DNA of 57,754 nucleotides, from IMG/VR virus record IMGVR_UViG_3300032897_000006, positions 1 through 57,754 of that record. One strand, 5' to 3'. Positions 27,300 to 37,396 of the stretch are shown piece after piece. This DNA is from a virus. Taxonomy: Duplodnaviria > Caudoviricetes. The notes beneath the pieces are model-generated. The model had not been told where the DNA came from, did no database searches, and was given only the letters and a program-made list of their open reading frames with translations. Numbering within the stretch: the stretch's first letter is position 1; every line of letters starts with the position of its first letter. Position numbers and translations under genes: made by a program.

Positions 27300-28468
27300 T
27301 GGGCCACGTATTTGGAACCATCGCGCCAATCCTTGGCGGCATTGTTGGAACGGCAATCGCTCCAGGCATCGGGACGGCGATTGGCGCCGGCTTGGGAAGC
27401 ACAGTAGGAGGGCTATCAGAGGGAAAGGGATTCGGAAAATCAGCTCTCGGAGGCCTTGAAACCGGCGCCTTGGCGGGAGTCGGTGGAGAATTGGCCGGAA
27501 GCCTTGGTGGCGCGGCCGGAAACGCCTTGCAGGGAACTATGCTCGGGAATGCTCTCGGCAGCTTGGGGGGTGACATATCTGGATTGGGAACTTCCCTTGG
27601 TATCACCGGTCCAGGCGGGCTTACCAGCGAGATATCAGGATTGGGGGGAGATTTGGGAATAACCGGGCAAGGTGGACTTGTCAGCGATATCTCTGGAGGT
27701 CTCGGAACAGCGGGGAAAGACCTTGGAATCACTGGTCCAGGAGGCCTCACAAGCGACATATCCAATCTATGGGGGAAAATAGCCGGTCCATCAGCCATCA
27801 CGGCTGGAGGTGGAGCTGTGCCAGCAAACGCGGAAACATTCGCACCAGGATTTGGGGCCGGGAATCTCCCTCTTACGCCTACTGTCCCGGCCGCTGGGGG
27901 CGGAGGCGGTATTCTTAGCGCCTTGGCTGGCGGCGGTGGAGGTGGAAAGGGCGGCGGGCTATTCGGTGGCAGTACGGGACTCGGTCTCCTGGCGGCGGCA
28001 CCCGTGGCACTCGATATTCTCAGGGGAAACCAGCCCTACAAAGGCGAAACTCAAATCCAGCAATCGGCGGCGCAACTTGGACAAGAGGGACAGCAGCTCC
28101 AGAACTATCTTCAAACCGGGACTCTTCCGCCTGGCGCGCAGGCGGCGATCAACCAGGCCACGGCCTCTGCCCAAGCCGCCATCCGAAGCCAATACGCGGC
28201 CATGGGTATGAGCGGAACATCGGCCGAGGCGCAAGATTTGGCGCAGGCACAGCAAGCCGGGGTAACGCAGGCGACAAATATGGCCTCGCAATTGCTCAGC
28301 ACCGGAATACAAGCCACGCAAATGTCCGATCAGCTCTACCAGGACATCATGAATCAGAGCATGCAGCAGGATCAAGATTTGTCATCCGCCATAGGCAATT
28401 TCGCGGTCATGGCGGCGGGCGGAACAGGAGGCACCAGTGCCAGTACAAGCACCCGCGCCAGCTCTTAA
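27299..28468 (+). CDS. DNA ejection/pilot protein
   Basis: Gly-rich N-terminus with LGITGPGGL.S.IS repeats; Q/A-rich C-terminus. Confidence 0.65.
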   Translation: MGHVFGTIAPILGGIVGTAIAPGIGTAIGAGLGSTVGGLSEGKGFGKSALGGLETGALAGVGGELAGSLGGAAGNALQGTMLGNALGSLGGDISGLGTSLGITGPGGLTSEISGLGGDLGITGQGGLVSDISGGLGTAGKDLGITGPGGLTSDISNLWGKIAGPSAITAGGGAVPANAETFAPGFGAGNLPLTPTVPAAGGGGGILSALAGGGGGGKGGGLFGGSTGLGLLAAAPVALDILRGNQPYKGETQIQQSAAQLGQEGQQLQNYLQTGTLPPGAQAAINQATASAQAAIRSQYAAMGMSGTSAEAQDLAQAQQAGVTQATNMASQLLSTGIQATQMSDQLYQDIMNQSMQQDQDLSSAIGNFAVMAAGGTGGTSASTSTRASS

Positions 28469-28481
28469 CACGCAAGGGCCT

Positions 28482-30173
28482 ATGACAACCGCCCTGTTCG
28501 GCCCGTCCGGTCCAGGAGCCGTAAAAACGCCGTCTCCTGCATCAACCGGCGCAGCTCCAGCAGCCTCAATACCAACCTCTATGCCCGCGCCGCCGGCACT
28601 TTCAGATAATGCTCCACCACCTAATTTCTGGTCGGATATGCAATCCCATATACAAGACATTGTGGATAATCTTCCGCAAAGCCAAAGCCAAATGGGGCCA
28701 AATCCACCTCCAGCCCCTTATACGGCGCCGCCTCCCACGCCGCCATCATTCAATCCAGCCCATGCCTGGGGTTCAACGGCCATGGTCCTGGCCATGATGG
28801 GATCAATGCTAACCCGTCACCCGCTCACGGCCGCTCTAAATGCCGGGTCTCAGGTTATGCAAGCCTATCGGGATCAAAACCAGGCGGCGGCAGATCAGGC
28901 GTATAGCGTTTGGCAGGCTCAAAATGCGAATGCGCTCAACATGGCAAAATATGAATTGGATGCGTATAATTCAGCAATCAAAGAAAATCAGGGCAATGAT
29001 AAAGCCATGACTTCGGCTCTTTTGGCGATTGCATCAGCAACAAAAAACAGTGCCATGTTCGCGGCAAATGATGCCAATGGCCTAAATGGCGTTCTCGATC
29101 TTATAAGCAAAATGGGGAAATCGAACGCATCTCTGGCGGCTCAATCTGACAAACTTGTGACCATGCAGCTCGAAAATCAGGCTTGGAATGAGTGGCAGGC
29201 GGAAAATCCGAAGCCTACCGATCCGGCTCAAATGCCGGCCTGGACAAATCAGGCTCTAGCCGCTCGGAAATCAATTTTCTCTGCCAGTGCAGCGGCAGGA
29301 GATGGCACGCCGTTGCCAACACTCCCAACAGATACAGCGATCCCCTCGCCTGCTACCCCTGGAGCGCCAACAGGGACCGTTCCTGGCCCAACTGGCGCTG
29401 CCATACCGGCACCCGCCGATGCCGCTCCTCCCGTTCCTGCTCAGGTTGATTTGAATAAAATTGCCAAGGACGATTCTGATTTATATTCTACTGCTTATAG
29501 AATAGCTCACTATGATTTGGCTCCGCCTTCTACTTTTGATCTATCTAAGCCTGCAAACTTGAAACTTATGCAAGTTGTTAGCGCGATAAATCCAAGTTAC
29601 GACGCCACAAATTACCAACCAATTGTGAAGGTAAAAGAGGATTTCGCATCAGGAAAATCCGCAACCGCCGTACAGTCGTTTAATGTGCTGGTGTCACATT
29701 TGAAGACTCTAAACACCTTGGCGACGGCGCTTGATAATAACGATGTCCAAACGATAAACAGAATATCAAATATGTTTGGCGCTCAATTTGGCCAGACTGC
29801 GCCTACGTCATTCAACGCGGCAAAACGCATTGTTTCCGATGAAATCGTGAAAGCTGTTACTGGTGCCGCTGGAGCGCTTGGCGACCGCGAAGAGGCTCAA
29901 TCCACCTTGGATGCGGCAAATACGCCGGCCCAGCTCGCCAGCGTTGCCAGTACCTATATGCAACTCGCCGCTGGACAATTAGCCGGCTATCGGCAGAAAT
30001 ACCAAGCTGGCACTGGACTCAATGATTTTGACAAATTCCTGTCTCCAGACACGATTCAAACGCTTTCATCAGTATCTCCCGATGCCATACCTGAAACTCC
30101 AGGCTCAGCAGCACCCGCCGCGCCAACCGGTGGCGGCGGAACTGGAGATTGGGGAATTCAACCGGTGCCATAA
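28482..30173 (+). CDS. DNA ejection/internal virion protein
   Basis: Large A/Q/P-rich helical protein in the ejection cluster. Confidence 0.65.
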   Translation: MTTALFGPSGPGAVKTPSPASTGAAPAASIPTSMPAPPALSDNAPPPNFWSDMQSHIQDIVDNLPQSQSQMGPNPPPAPYTAPPPTPPSFNPAHAWGSTAMVLAMMGSMLTRHPLTAALNAGSQVMQAYRDQNQAAADQAYSVWQAQNANALNMAKYELDAYNSAIKENQGNDKAMTSALLAIASATKNSAMFAANDANGLNGVLDLISKMGKSNASLAAQSDKLVTMQLENQAWNEWQAENPKPTDPAQMPAWTNQALAARKSIFSASAAAGDGTPLPTLPTDTAIPSPATPGAPTGTVPGPTGAAIPAPADAAPPVPAQVDLNKIAKDDSDLYSTAYRIAHYDLAPPSTFDLSKPANLKLMQVVSAINPSYDATNYQPIVKVKEDFASGKSATAVQSFNVLVSHLKTLNTLATALDNNDVQTINRISNMFGAQFGQTAPTSFNAAKRIVSDEIVKAVTGAAGALGDREEAQSTLDAANTPAQLASVASTYMQLAAGQLAGYRQKYQAGTGLNDFDKFLSPDTIQTLSSVSPDAIPETPGSAAPAAPTGGGGTGDWGIQPVP

Positions 30174-32536
30174 TGCCAAATTATCTTGTCACTTCCCCGG
30201 ACGGTAAAAAGTTCAAGATCACGGCGCCTGAAGGCGCCACGCAAGATCAGGTTTTGGCCTATGCCAAAGCTCATTGGGGATCTCTTGGCGGAAATCAACC
30301 TGCCGCGCCCTCGCCCGCCCCTGAACAAAAACCAGGACTTTTGACTTCAATCGGTGCCGGGGCTGGGGCTGGCTTCGGTGAAGCCGCTTTGGGCGCTCAG
30401 CAATTGCTCGGAAAGGCACTCAGCACGTCAATTCGCGCCCCTGTAGCCTCCGCTGGTAATTGGCTCCAGCAGAATGCAGCACAGGGCATTGCCCAATTGC
30501 AGCAGCAAGAAGCGCCATATCAGGCGGCTCATCCAATAGCCTCTGGAGCTGGAGGGATAGGAGGACAGGCGGTATCAGCTTTGGCGCCGGAATCTCTTTT
30601 GGGCGACATCACGCCGGCGGCAACCTGGCTTGGCAGAGCAGGCCAGGCGATGCGTACAGGCCTGGTCTCAGGTGCAGAACAGCCCGTAACCAGCCCGGAT
30701 TACTGGAAACAAAAGGCCAAGGAAACCGCCGAAAACGTGGCCGGAAGCGTGGCTGGCTCTCAATTCTTTGAAGGATTGGGCGGCATCGGCAAATTTATGG
30801 CGAAATATAATCCAGCCTCGGCCGAACATGAGGCGGTCAAGAAAATCGCCTCCACTATCGCTAAGGGCGAGAAAGCTGGATACACCTCAGCCAAAGACAT
30901 CATTGATCTCATGAACACATCCCACGCCGCCGGCGTTCCCTTGACGCTCATGGAGGCCGGGGACGCTAATATCCAGGGATTAGCTGGCCATGTTGCCCGC
31001 GCCCCTGGTGCGTCTCGGTCAATCATCAGGGGAAGTTTCAAGGATCGGTTGGAATCCGCGACAACACGCTTAGCGGCGTCTATCAAGAAAAATTTCGATG
31101 CTCCGGATACAAGGCGGGCCGTCCACCAGGCACTTACGGAAAGCCAAAGGGCGGCGGCGGCTCCAGCCTATGAACAGGCGTTCAAGCCTGGAAGCATCGC
31201 GCCTTTGAAAAAGCAATTCGAGAAATCCTTCAATGATGTGTCTCGCGCCAGAACAGAGGCCAAGCAGCAATTAAACCAAGCAAATCAGCAGATCACCTTG
31301 GCATCCGCCAAGGTTTCCCGCGCAGGGATGAACGTCTATTCAAATTCCGCAGCACTTAGGGAGCTTCGCGCAGCCCAGGCCAATGCTGAAGAGGCGCATT
31401 CAAAACTCAATGCCCTCGATCAGGAACATGCAAGCGTACTGACTCAATTGCGCGCTGCTCAGCAGGCCGAGGAAAATGGAGAACGCGGCGGCGTGTGGAG
31501 TCCTTATGTCTCTCGCATGCTGAAAAATCCTCGTTTGCAGGAAGGAATTCGGCGTGGGATGAGAATTCAGCGCGACGAGGCGGATGCACAAAATATGCCG
31601 TTCAATCCCACGGATTATGCGGTGAAATTTGATTCCAAGGGTGAACCAACTGTATTCAGGACGCCGAATATGAGGCTCCTGGATGCGGCAAAAAGGGGAT
31701 TGGATTCTCTTCTGGAAGATTATCGTAATCCGGTAACGGGACGCCTTGAACTCAATGAAGAGGGCAAGGCCATAGATCAGTTGAGACGGTCGTGGATTGA
31801 TGAGCTGGATAGAATTAATCCTGATTATAAGCCTGCCCGTGCCATTTATGCCGGTCCAGCCGCGAGCAAATCGGCTTTGCTTCAGGGACAAAAAATACTT
31901 AGTACACATCCTGAAGACGTTCAGCAAATTTTTGAGAATATGACTCCAGCACAGCAGGAGCATTATCGGATTGGTGCTGCCCAAGCATATATGGATCAAG
32001 TTTCAGATACCGGATTGAAATCCAGCGAGCTTCGGAAAATCTCTGAAGAGGATGAAATGTCTTCGGCAAGAAAACGTCTTCAGCCAATCTTCAAAACTCA
32101 GAAGAAATTAGATGATTTTCTCACGGCGGTCACAGGTGAACGCGCAATTTTGAACGCCAGGCAGTCTATTCTTGGAAATTCCGCAACGGCAGAACGCCTT
32201 GCGGAAGATGCGACACATCATGCCCAGCCATATCTTGAAGCGGCGCAGACAATCAGGCATGCCACAAACGCCAATATACCCGCTGCATTGGCCTCTTTTT
32301 CCAGATTCACGAAGCATTTTGATCTAATTAAAAAAGAAAAGGTTAGAGAGGAAATCGCCCGCATCCTATCTGATCCAAATGTAAAACTTTCGGATGTTCC
32401 TGGTGAAGTTCTGCCGACGCCGGAAGCGCCGCCACCTGGACGATTTACTTCCGCCGCAATGGCCGCGAGTCCTATTGGCCAAGCCCTTGGCTCTCAGGCT
32501 GGAAGTGGGATTGGTTCATCAATCTTCGGCCAGTAG
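30173..32536 (+). CDS. Large DNA ejection protein
   Basis: V..PDG...ITAPEGAT..QV N-terminus; Y..AR..YA motif. Confidence 0.7.
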   Translation: MPNYLVTSPDGKKFKITAPEGATQDQVLAYAKAHWGSLGGNQPAAPSPAPEQKPGLLTSIGAGAGAGFGEAALGAQQLLGKALSTSIRAPVASAGNWLQQNAAQGIAQLQQQEAPYQAAHPIASGAGGIGGQAVSALAPESLLGDITPAATWLGRAGQAMRTGLVSGAEQPVTSPDYWKQKAKETAENVAGSVAGSQFFEGLGGIGKFMAKYNPASAEHEAVKKIASTIAKGEKAGYTSAKDIIDLMNTSHAAGVPLTLMEAGDANIQGLAGHVARAPGASRSIIRGSFKDRLESATTRLAASIKKNFDAPDTRRAVHQALTESQRAAAAPAYEQAFKPGSIAPLKKQFEKSFNDVSRARTEAKQQLNQANQQITLASAKVSRAGMNVYSNSAALRELRAAQANAEEAHSKLNALDQEHASVLTQLRAAQQAEENGERGGVWSPYVSRMLKNPRLQEGIRRGMRIQRDEADAQNMPFNPTDYAVKFDSKGEPTVFRTPNMRLLDAAKRGLDSLLEDYRNPVTGRLELNEEGKAIDQLRRSWIDELDRINPDYKPARAIYAGPAASKSALLQGQKILSTHPEDVQQIFENMTPAQQEHYRIGAAQAYMDQVSDTGLKSSELRKISEEDEMSSARKRLQPIFKTQKKLDDFLTAVTGERAILNARQSILGNSATAERLAEDATHHAQPYLEAAQTIRHATNANIPAALASFSRFTKHFDLIKKEKVREEIARILSDPNVKLSDVPGEVLPTPEAPPPGRFTSAAMAASPIGQALGSQAGSGIGSSIFGQ

Positions 32537-32612
32537 CCGTTAAAATGCAGCACATTTGCTGCATTTTTTGAGAGTTTCATCCGTGATGCCGTAACATTGC
32601 TAAAAGCGTGTC

Positions 32613-33062
32613 ATGGCCAAGGTTTCCAAATCAGACAAGCTCATGTCTGGCGTTGAACGGCTGCTTTCCAATTTGGTAGTTGCGGCGTCGGTCGGTGATG
32701 TTCGCAATCCAGATGGAACCGTTGCCATCGAGGGACCGAGCTTTGCTGAAAAATTGAAATTGGCCAGCACGGCAACCAGCTTCTTAGCGTGCAAAGCGAA
32801 GATCACCCCGGATGAACCTGACGGTCCATCCGCATTTCAGGAGGTGCTAGATGAACTCCGTGGAGAGAATCGCGGTAACGCCAATCCATCCCAAAAACTC
32901 CGTGGCCGAAAGCGTCGTGAGATTGCAGAGCCAGAGCCAGAGCCAGAACAGCCCGCAATCCCCCTTAGAGACCCCCTCGCCCCACCCGGCACCGATCCCT
33001 ACACCATCAATGGACACGTCTATGCTAACAGCAATGATATGCCGGGTGGAGGAGCGGCTTAA
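32613..33062 (+). CDS. Hypothetical protein (weak TerS candidate)
   Basis: ORF; function not recognisable. Confidence 0.55.
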   Translation: MAKVSKSDKLMSGVERLLSNLVVAASVGDVRNPDGTVAIEGPSFAEKLKLASTATSFLACKAKITPDEPDGPSAFQEVLDELRGENRGNANPSQKLRGRKRREIAEPEPEPEQPAIPLRDPLAPPGTDPYTINGHVYANSNDMPGGGAA

Positions 33063-33342
33063 TAGCGCCATCGAGGCGCAGCAGAAGGCCGCTCAGGCGT
33101 CCGTGACGGCTTCAGTGACCGGTGCAGCGCTTGGCGTCTTCCAGGCTATCTCCGTCCTTCTGGCGGTTCGCCTGTTGCTCTTGTTGACCCTAGCTGGCGG
33201 GTTCTTCCTGGCGGTTTCCGCCATGCAGCATCAAACCTCAATCTCGGTTTGGGTGCTGGTTGCTTATTCTCTCCTGGTCATCTTCCCCATCGCGGTCATC
33301 GAATATGGCCGGAAAATCCATGTAGGAGGTCAAAATGGCTGA
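33010..33342 (+). CDS. Membrane protein, 2-3 TM segments
   Basis: Hydrophobic segments; start uncertain. Confidence 0.6.
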   Translation: MDTSMLTAMICRVEERLNSAIEAQQKAAQASVTASVTGAALGVFQAISVLLAVRLLLLLTLAGGFFLAVSAMQHQTSISVWVLVAYSLLVIFPIAVIEYGRKIHVGGQNG

Positions 33343-33448
33343 GCGTGGCATGGGATATATGGGCCTGAAAAACACCGGATACTCATCACCTATTCGTACC
33401 AATGGGCGCGGAAAGCCAAACCGTGGCCGTGGATACGGGGGAAGATAG
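33335..33448 (+). CDS. 37-aa R/G-rich peptide
   Basis: AGGAGG RBS. Confidence 0.6.
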   Translation: MAERGMGYMGLKNTGYSSPIRTNGRGKPNRGRGYGGR

Positions 33449-33457
33449 GAGGGGGAA

Positions 33458-33577
33458 ATGAATTTTTTTTCGCGTTCAAATATTGAAAGGCTACTCCACT
33501 CCCCACGTCCAAAAAACCAATCAATTCTTTCTTATGTGAGAAATCTTCGGAACAGCAAACGAGGATCAAAGAGGTAG
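33458..33577 (+). CDS. 39-aa basic peptide
   Basis: AGGAGG RBS. Confidence 0.55.
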   Translation: MNFFSRSNIERLLHSPRPKNQSILSYVRNLRNSKRGSKR

Positions 33578-33586
33578 GATCGTAAA

Positions 33587-33742
33587 ATGCCGCTTGAACC
33601 TGGATCAGGACGGGATGTGATCAGCCGCAACATAGGCGAAATGGTGCGCTCTGGACACCCAAGGCGGCAAGCCATCGCAGCGGCACTCTCAAATGCCCGG
33701 AAATCAAAGCGCGGTCACAAGCGCGGCGGCAAGAGGAAATAG
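33587..33742 (+). CDS. 51-aa basic phage protein
   Basis: MPL..GS...ISRNI.EM..SGHP..QAIA.ALS.ARK pattern. Confidence 0.7.
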   Translation: MPLEPGSGRDVISRNIGEMVRSGHPRRQAIAAALSNARKSKRGHKRGGKRK

Positions 33743-33751
33743 GAGGAACCA

Positions 33752-33973
33752 ATGGCCAAGAAATCCAAGGGACCGCTGAGCGATATTTCCAAGCGCATCG
33801 ACAAAGGCGCGTTCTCCGCCAAGGCGAGCAAGGCCGGCATGAGTACGGCGGAATATGCCCGCCATGTCGCCAACTCGCCCACGGCATCCACCAAAACCAA
33901 GCGCCAAGCCGCCCTTGCCCGAACATTCGCCAAGTACCGCCCGCGTACCAAGGGGCGGAAGACAAGCCGGTGA
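33752..33973 (+). CDS. 73-aa basic phage protein
   Basis: AGGAGG RBS; KGAF..KA..AGMS...A.LA.TF. Confidence 0.75.
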   Translation: MAKKSKGPLSDISKRIDKGAFSAKASKAGMSTAEYARHVANSPTASTKTKRQAALARTFAKYRPRTKGRKTSR

Positions 33974-34063
33974 TGTGGAAAGGACCGCCCTGGCGATGGA
34001 TACCAATCCCAATCTGGTTTCCAATCAAGCAACGCCCGCCTCGACCGCCGGTGAGGTTGTGAG

Positions 34064-34999
34064 ATGAGCGCGCCGCAGCCAACGCCTTATGTCCAAGGCC
34101 AAGGCACGGTTACGGCTGACCAGCTAAATACGTTTATCCAAACCGCTACCAATATTGCCCAGCTCCGTACCTTTGTCGGCATTGTCGGCATGGTGGCCGC
34201 GACTCAGGGAACCACCACGGCTGGAGATGGTGGTGCCAGGGTTTATTATTGGAATCAAACTTCTCTTGGCCCTGATAATGGATCAACCGTCATTGTGCCG
34301 CAGCTAGGCGTTCCAGGTGCCTGGATTAATCTTGGCCTAGCCACTTCCATTTATGAACCTCTCTATGGGACAGGAACATTTAGCGGAAATGCCATAACAG
34401 CGACTTTTTCTCCCGCTATTATTTCCATTTCACCAGGAGATGTATTCTGGATCAGCATGACCGGGACGAATACTGGCGCGGTAACGCTTAGTGTTGGCCT
34501 AACATTTTTGCCTCTCCTATCACCCTCCGGTGCGGCTCTCCAGGGCGGTGAAATCACCACCGGACTCATTGGCGTTACGGTAAATACCTCGTCAACCGCT
34601 TTTATCCTCTTTATGCCCAATGGTACTTTTCAAGTAGCAGCGGCAACTAAATCGGGGCAGGCTCTAAATCTCGGTCAGTTTCCAAGCCTTATCGCCACAA
34701 ATGGATATAAAAAATATCCCGATTTAAACAGCGCAAGCGGATATTTTATTGAACAATGGGGATCATCGGCAACAATATCTGGATCGGTTACGGTTACATT
34801 TCCAATTGCATTTCCCAATGCCTGCTTAAATATCCAGGCTACAACCATTAACACTGGTAGTGGAGGATCATTCGGAACTCTTCAAAACGGTACTATTTCC
34901 ACAACACAGGCATCTTTTTATTCAGCAGCCTTTGGGACTTCTCCAGGCGGTCCAGCCAATTCAAATTACGCATTTTTCTGGCGGGCGATAGGGTATTGA
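34064..34999 (+). CDS. Tail fibre protein (gp53-like C-terminal domain)
   Basis: NGY..P..G..EQWG...VTFPIAFPNAC...W.AIGY. Confidence 0.8.
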   Translation: MSAPQPTPYVQGQGTVTADQLNTFIQTATNIAQLRTFVGIVGMVAATQGTTTAGDGGARVYYWNQTSLGPDNGSTVIVPQLGVPGAWINLGLATSIYEPLYGTGTFSGNAITATFSPAIISISPGDVFWISMTGTNTGAVTLSVGLTFLPLLSPSGAALQGGEITTGLIGVTVNTSSTAFILFMPNGTFQVAAATKSGQALNLGQFPSLIATNGYKKYPDLNSASGYFIEQWGSSATISGSVTVTFPIAFPNACLNIQATTINTGSGGSFGTLQNGTISTTQASFYSAAFGTSPGGPANSNYAFFWRAIGY

Positions 35000-35000
35000 T

Positions 35001-35684
35001 ATGAGCGCACCAGCATTAGCCGCTCAAATTCAAGGACAGGGAACAGTATCGGCGGATAATCTGAATACGTTTGTCCAGACCGCACAGAATAGTTCTCAGC
35101 TTCGCACCTTCACAGGACTTCCCGCTATGGTGGTGATGCTCCAGGGCATCACGTTTGCAAATGACGGAGATGGTGGACTTTTCTTCTGGAATCCCACCGG
35201 TACACAGCCAGATGATAATTTCAATTACATCGTACCAAATGATGCCAGCACCGGAGAATGGGAAAGGCTTGAAGTTGTATCCACGGTAGGCGGGACAGAA
35301 TTCACAAGCATAGACGTTACCGGATTATCAAATCTGGAAGGTGATGTCCAAATAGGCGGGGTTCTATCTCAATCTCTTGTCACGGGTCTCGTCGGCGCCG
35401 GGACAAGCCAAGGGACAGCAACGCCTCTCACGGCAAATATCAATATCGCCACATCGGTTCCCTCTGGAACGGGATTTATTCTGCCAACTCTTACGCCGGA
35501 TGGAAATTCAATACATGCGGGAACGCAGATAACATTGGTTAATCGAGGATCGAATATCGCCAGCCTGTATCCTCCATCTGGAGCGCAGATTGAGGGACTA
35601 GGGGCAAATAATCCGTCAGGCGTAATGCCGGGAGGTTCCATTATCGCAACTTTTGCTGGATCAGCCCAATGGTGGATTTTATGA
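35001..35684 (+). CDS. Tail spike/fibre protein
   Basis: N-terminus paralogous to 34064 (QGQGTV.AD.LNTF.QTA...LRTF; DG.GG.F.W). Confidence 0.7.
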   Translation: MSAPALAAQIQGQGTVSADNLNTFVQTAQNSSQLRTFTGLPAMVVMLQGITFANDGDGGLFFWNPTGTQPDDNFNYIVPNDASTGEWERLEVVSTVGGTEFTSIDVTGLSNLEGDVQIGGVLSQSLVTGLVGAGTSQGTATPLTANINIATSVPSGTGFILPTLTPDGNSIHAGTQITLVNRGSNIASLYPPSGAQIEGLGANNPSGVMPGGSIIATFAGSAQWWIL

Positions 35685-36709
35685 CAAAATATGCTCTGGC
35701 CATAATTTGGTTTTTGTCTATCTCGGCCGCTTTCGCAACGCCGCCGATTTATGGTCCGTTGGAAACGCAGAATAATTTTTCCGAGATTACCAGCAACGGA
35801 ACTCAGGCAACAGCGGAGACAAATCTATTCGGTCATACGATTACGCTGGGAGGAAATTTTTCGACATCCGGTGCAAATTCCCTGACATTCACCACCACTG
35901 GAACCACCAATGTCACCTTGCCCACATCGGGAACGCTCCTGACAACAGCGGGAGCTTCATCGACATATGCCCCTATAGACAGCCCAACTTTCACGGGTAC
36001 TGTCACAATACCCACAATTACGCTTTCTGGCGGTACGATTGATGGAACAGCAATTGGAAATACCACGCCTTCCACGGGAACTTTCACATCAGTCAATGCT
36101 CAAGGTGCCGGCACATTCGGCACAACTGCGAACAGTGGCGGGGCAACCTTTCTCATAAATGAAAATTTATCTTCTACAAACGGTACGATTTCTGAAATCG
36201 TAGCAAAAACTGGAACCGGACATTCAGCTTCAATAGTGGATGATCAGGGGGCTTCATCTTCTGTAGCTATTTTTCAAAACGGTGGGATGGATACTGGAGG
36301 TTTAGATATAATTGCCAATGCTGGCGTTATTGATATTGCCAGTAATACGGTATTCTCCGGGACTAGCTTTTCGGTGTTAGGAGATGCTCTATTTTTCTCT
36401 ACCGCACCTACCATTGCATCTGGATTTGGTACATCGCCATCAATTTCCGCCAGTAATGGGACAGCCGCTTTTTCAATCCATATTGGAACAGGTGGAACTT
36501 CATCGACAGGAACTCTAAATATGCCAACAGCCACAGATGGATGGGTATGTGATGCGGCAGATATTACGACCCAAAGCGCCAGCGTTTTCTATACCAAAGA
36601 AACAGGAGATTCCGCGTCAACTGTTGTCCTGACTCAATATAATGACACGGCTACGGCTACGGCATGGGTGGCTGGTGATACGGTCCTGGTAAAATGCTCT
36701 GCATATTAA
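35681..36709 (+). CDS. T/S/G-rich fibre-like protein with signal peptide
   Basis: AP..SPTFTG, I.GGTIDGT.IG.TTP motifs. Confidence 0.65.
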   Translation: MTKYALAIIWFLSISAAFATPPIYGPLETQNNFSEITSNGTQATAETNLFGHTITLGGNFSTSGANSLTFTTTGTTNVTLPTSGTLLTTAGASSTYAPIDSPTFTGTVTIPTITLSGGTIDGTAIGNTTPSTGTFTSVNAQGAGTFGTTANSGGATFLINENLSSTNGTISEIVAKTGTGHSASIVDDQGASSSVAIFQNGGMDTGGLDIIANAGVIDIASNTVFSGTSFSVLGDALFFSTAPTIASGFGTSPSISASNGTAAFSIHIGTGGTSSTGTLNMPTATDGWVCDAADITTQSASVFYTKETGDSASTVVLTQYNDTATATAWVAGDTVLVKCSAY

Positions 36710-36728
36710 AAATTAAGGAAACGTCAAA

Positions 36729-37382
36729 ATGTATCTGATCGGCGCAAGAGGACAGCAAGTAGCAGATCGGAGGTATCGTTTTTTTGGAACGATAGCCAGC
36801 GCTACCGCGTCTCAATTGGTCTCACCCATACCCAGCAGCCGCGCATATTTGTTTTTCCAAAATCTATCAAATACCGCGACTATGTATGTCGGAATTGGAA
36901 GCGCCCTGGCGACAGCCACGATTTCTGGAGGATCGGTTACGGGATGCACGATCAATAACGGCGGCTTTGGCTTCACTGCACCCCCAATTATTGAATTCCT
37001 CGGCGGCGCTCCATTCTGTCCTCTGGTTGGACTTTGGCCAAGCGGAGCTGGAATGCCAGGATATGCCGCGCCGAATAATTTTCCAAATAATGCTCGCGGA
37101 AGGCCAGCTCTGGCCCATACCGTTCTGACAGCCGGTGTGATTACATCCATCGTCATAGATGATCCCGGAGCTGGATACGCATTCGCGCCTTATGTTGACA
37201 TACGGAATGCGGATAGCGATCGGTATGGATGCTTCGACCCATTTTATGGCGGAACGGCACAGGGATTCTTGATTGCAGCCGGTCAATCCTATTTTGAGAA
37301 TGGTACGCAGCAAAGCGTGGAGCAAATATCGGTTTTTTCAACCACGGTCGGCGCTCAATATAAATTCGCATGGGCAGCATGA
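36729..37382 (+). CDS. Virion protein with GSGY-like module
   Basis: GGFGFTAPP, PGAGY..AP. Confidence 0.6.
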   Translation: MYLIGARGQQVADRRYRFFGTIASATASQLVSPIPSSRAYLFFQNLSNTATMYVGIGSALATATISGGSVTGCTINNGGFGFTAPPIIEFLGGAPFCPLVGLWPSGAGMPGYAAPNNFPNNARGRPALAHTVLTAGVITSIVIDDPGAGYAFAPYVDIRNADSDRYGCFDPFYGGTAQGFLIAAGQSYFENGTQQSVEQISVFSTTVGAQYKFAWAA

Positions 37383-37396
37383 GGAAACTATGTGAC

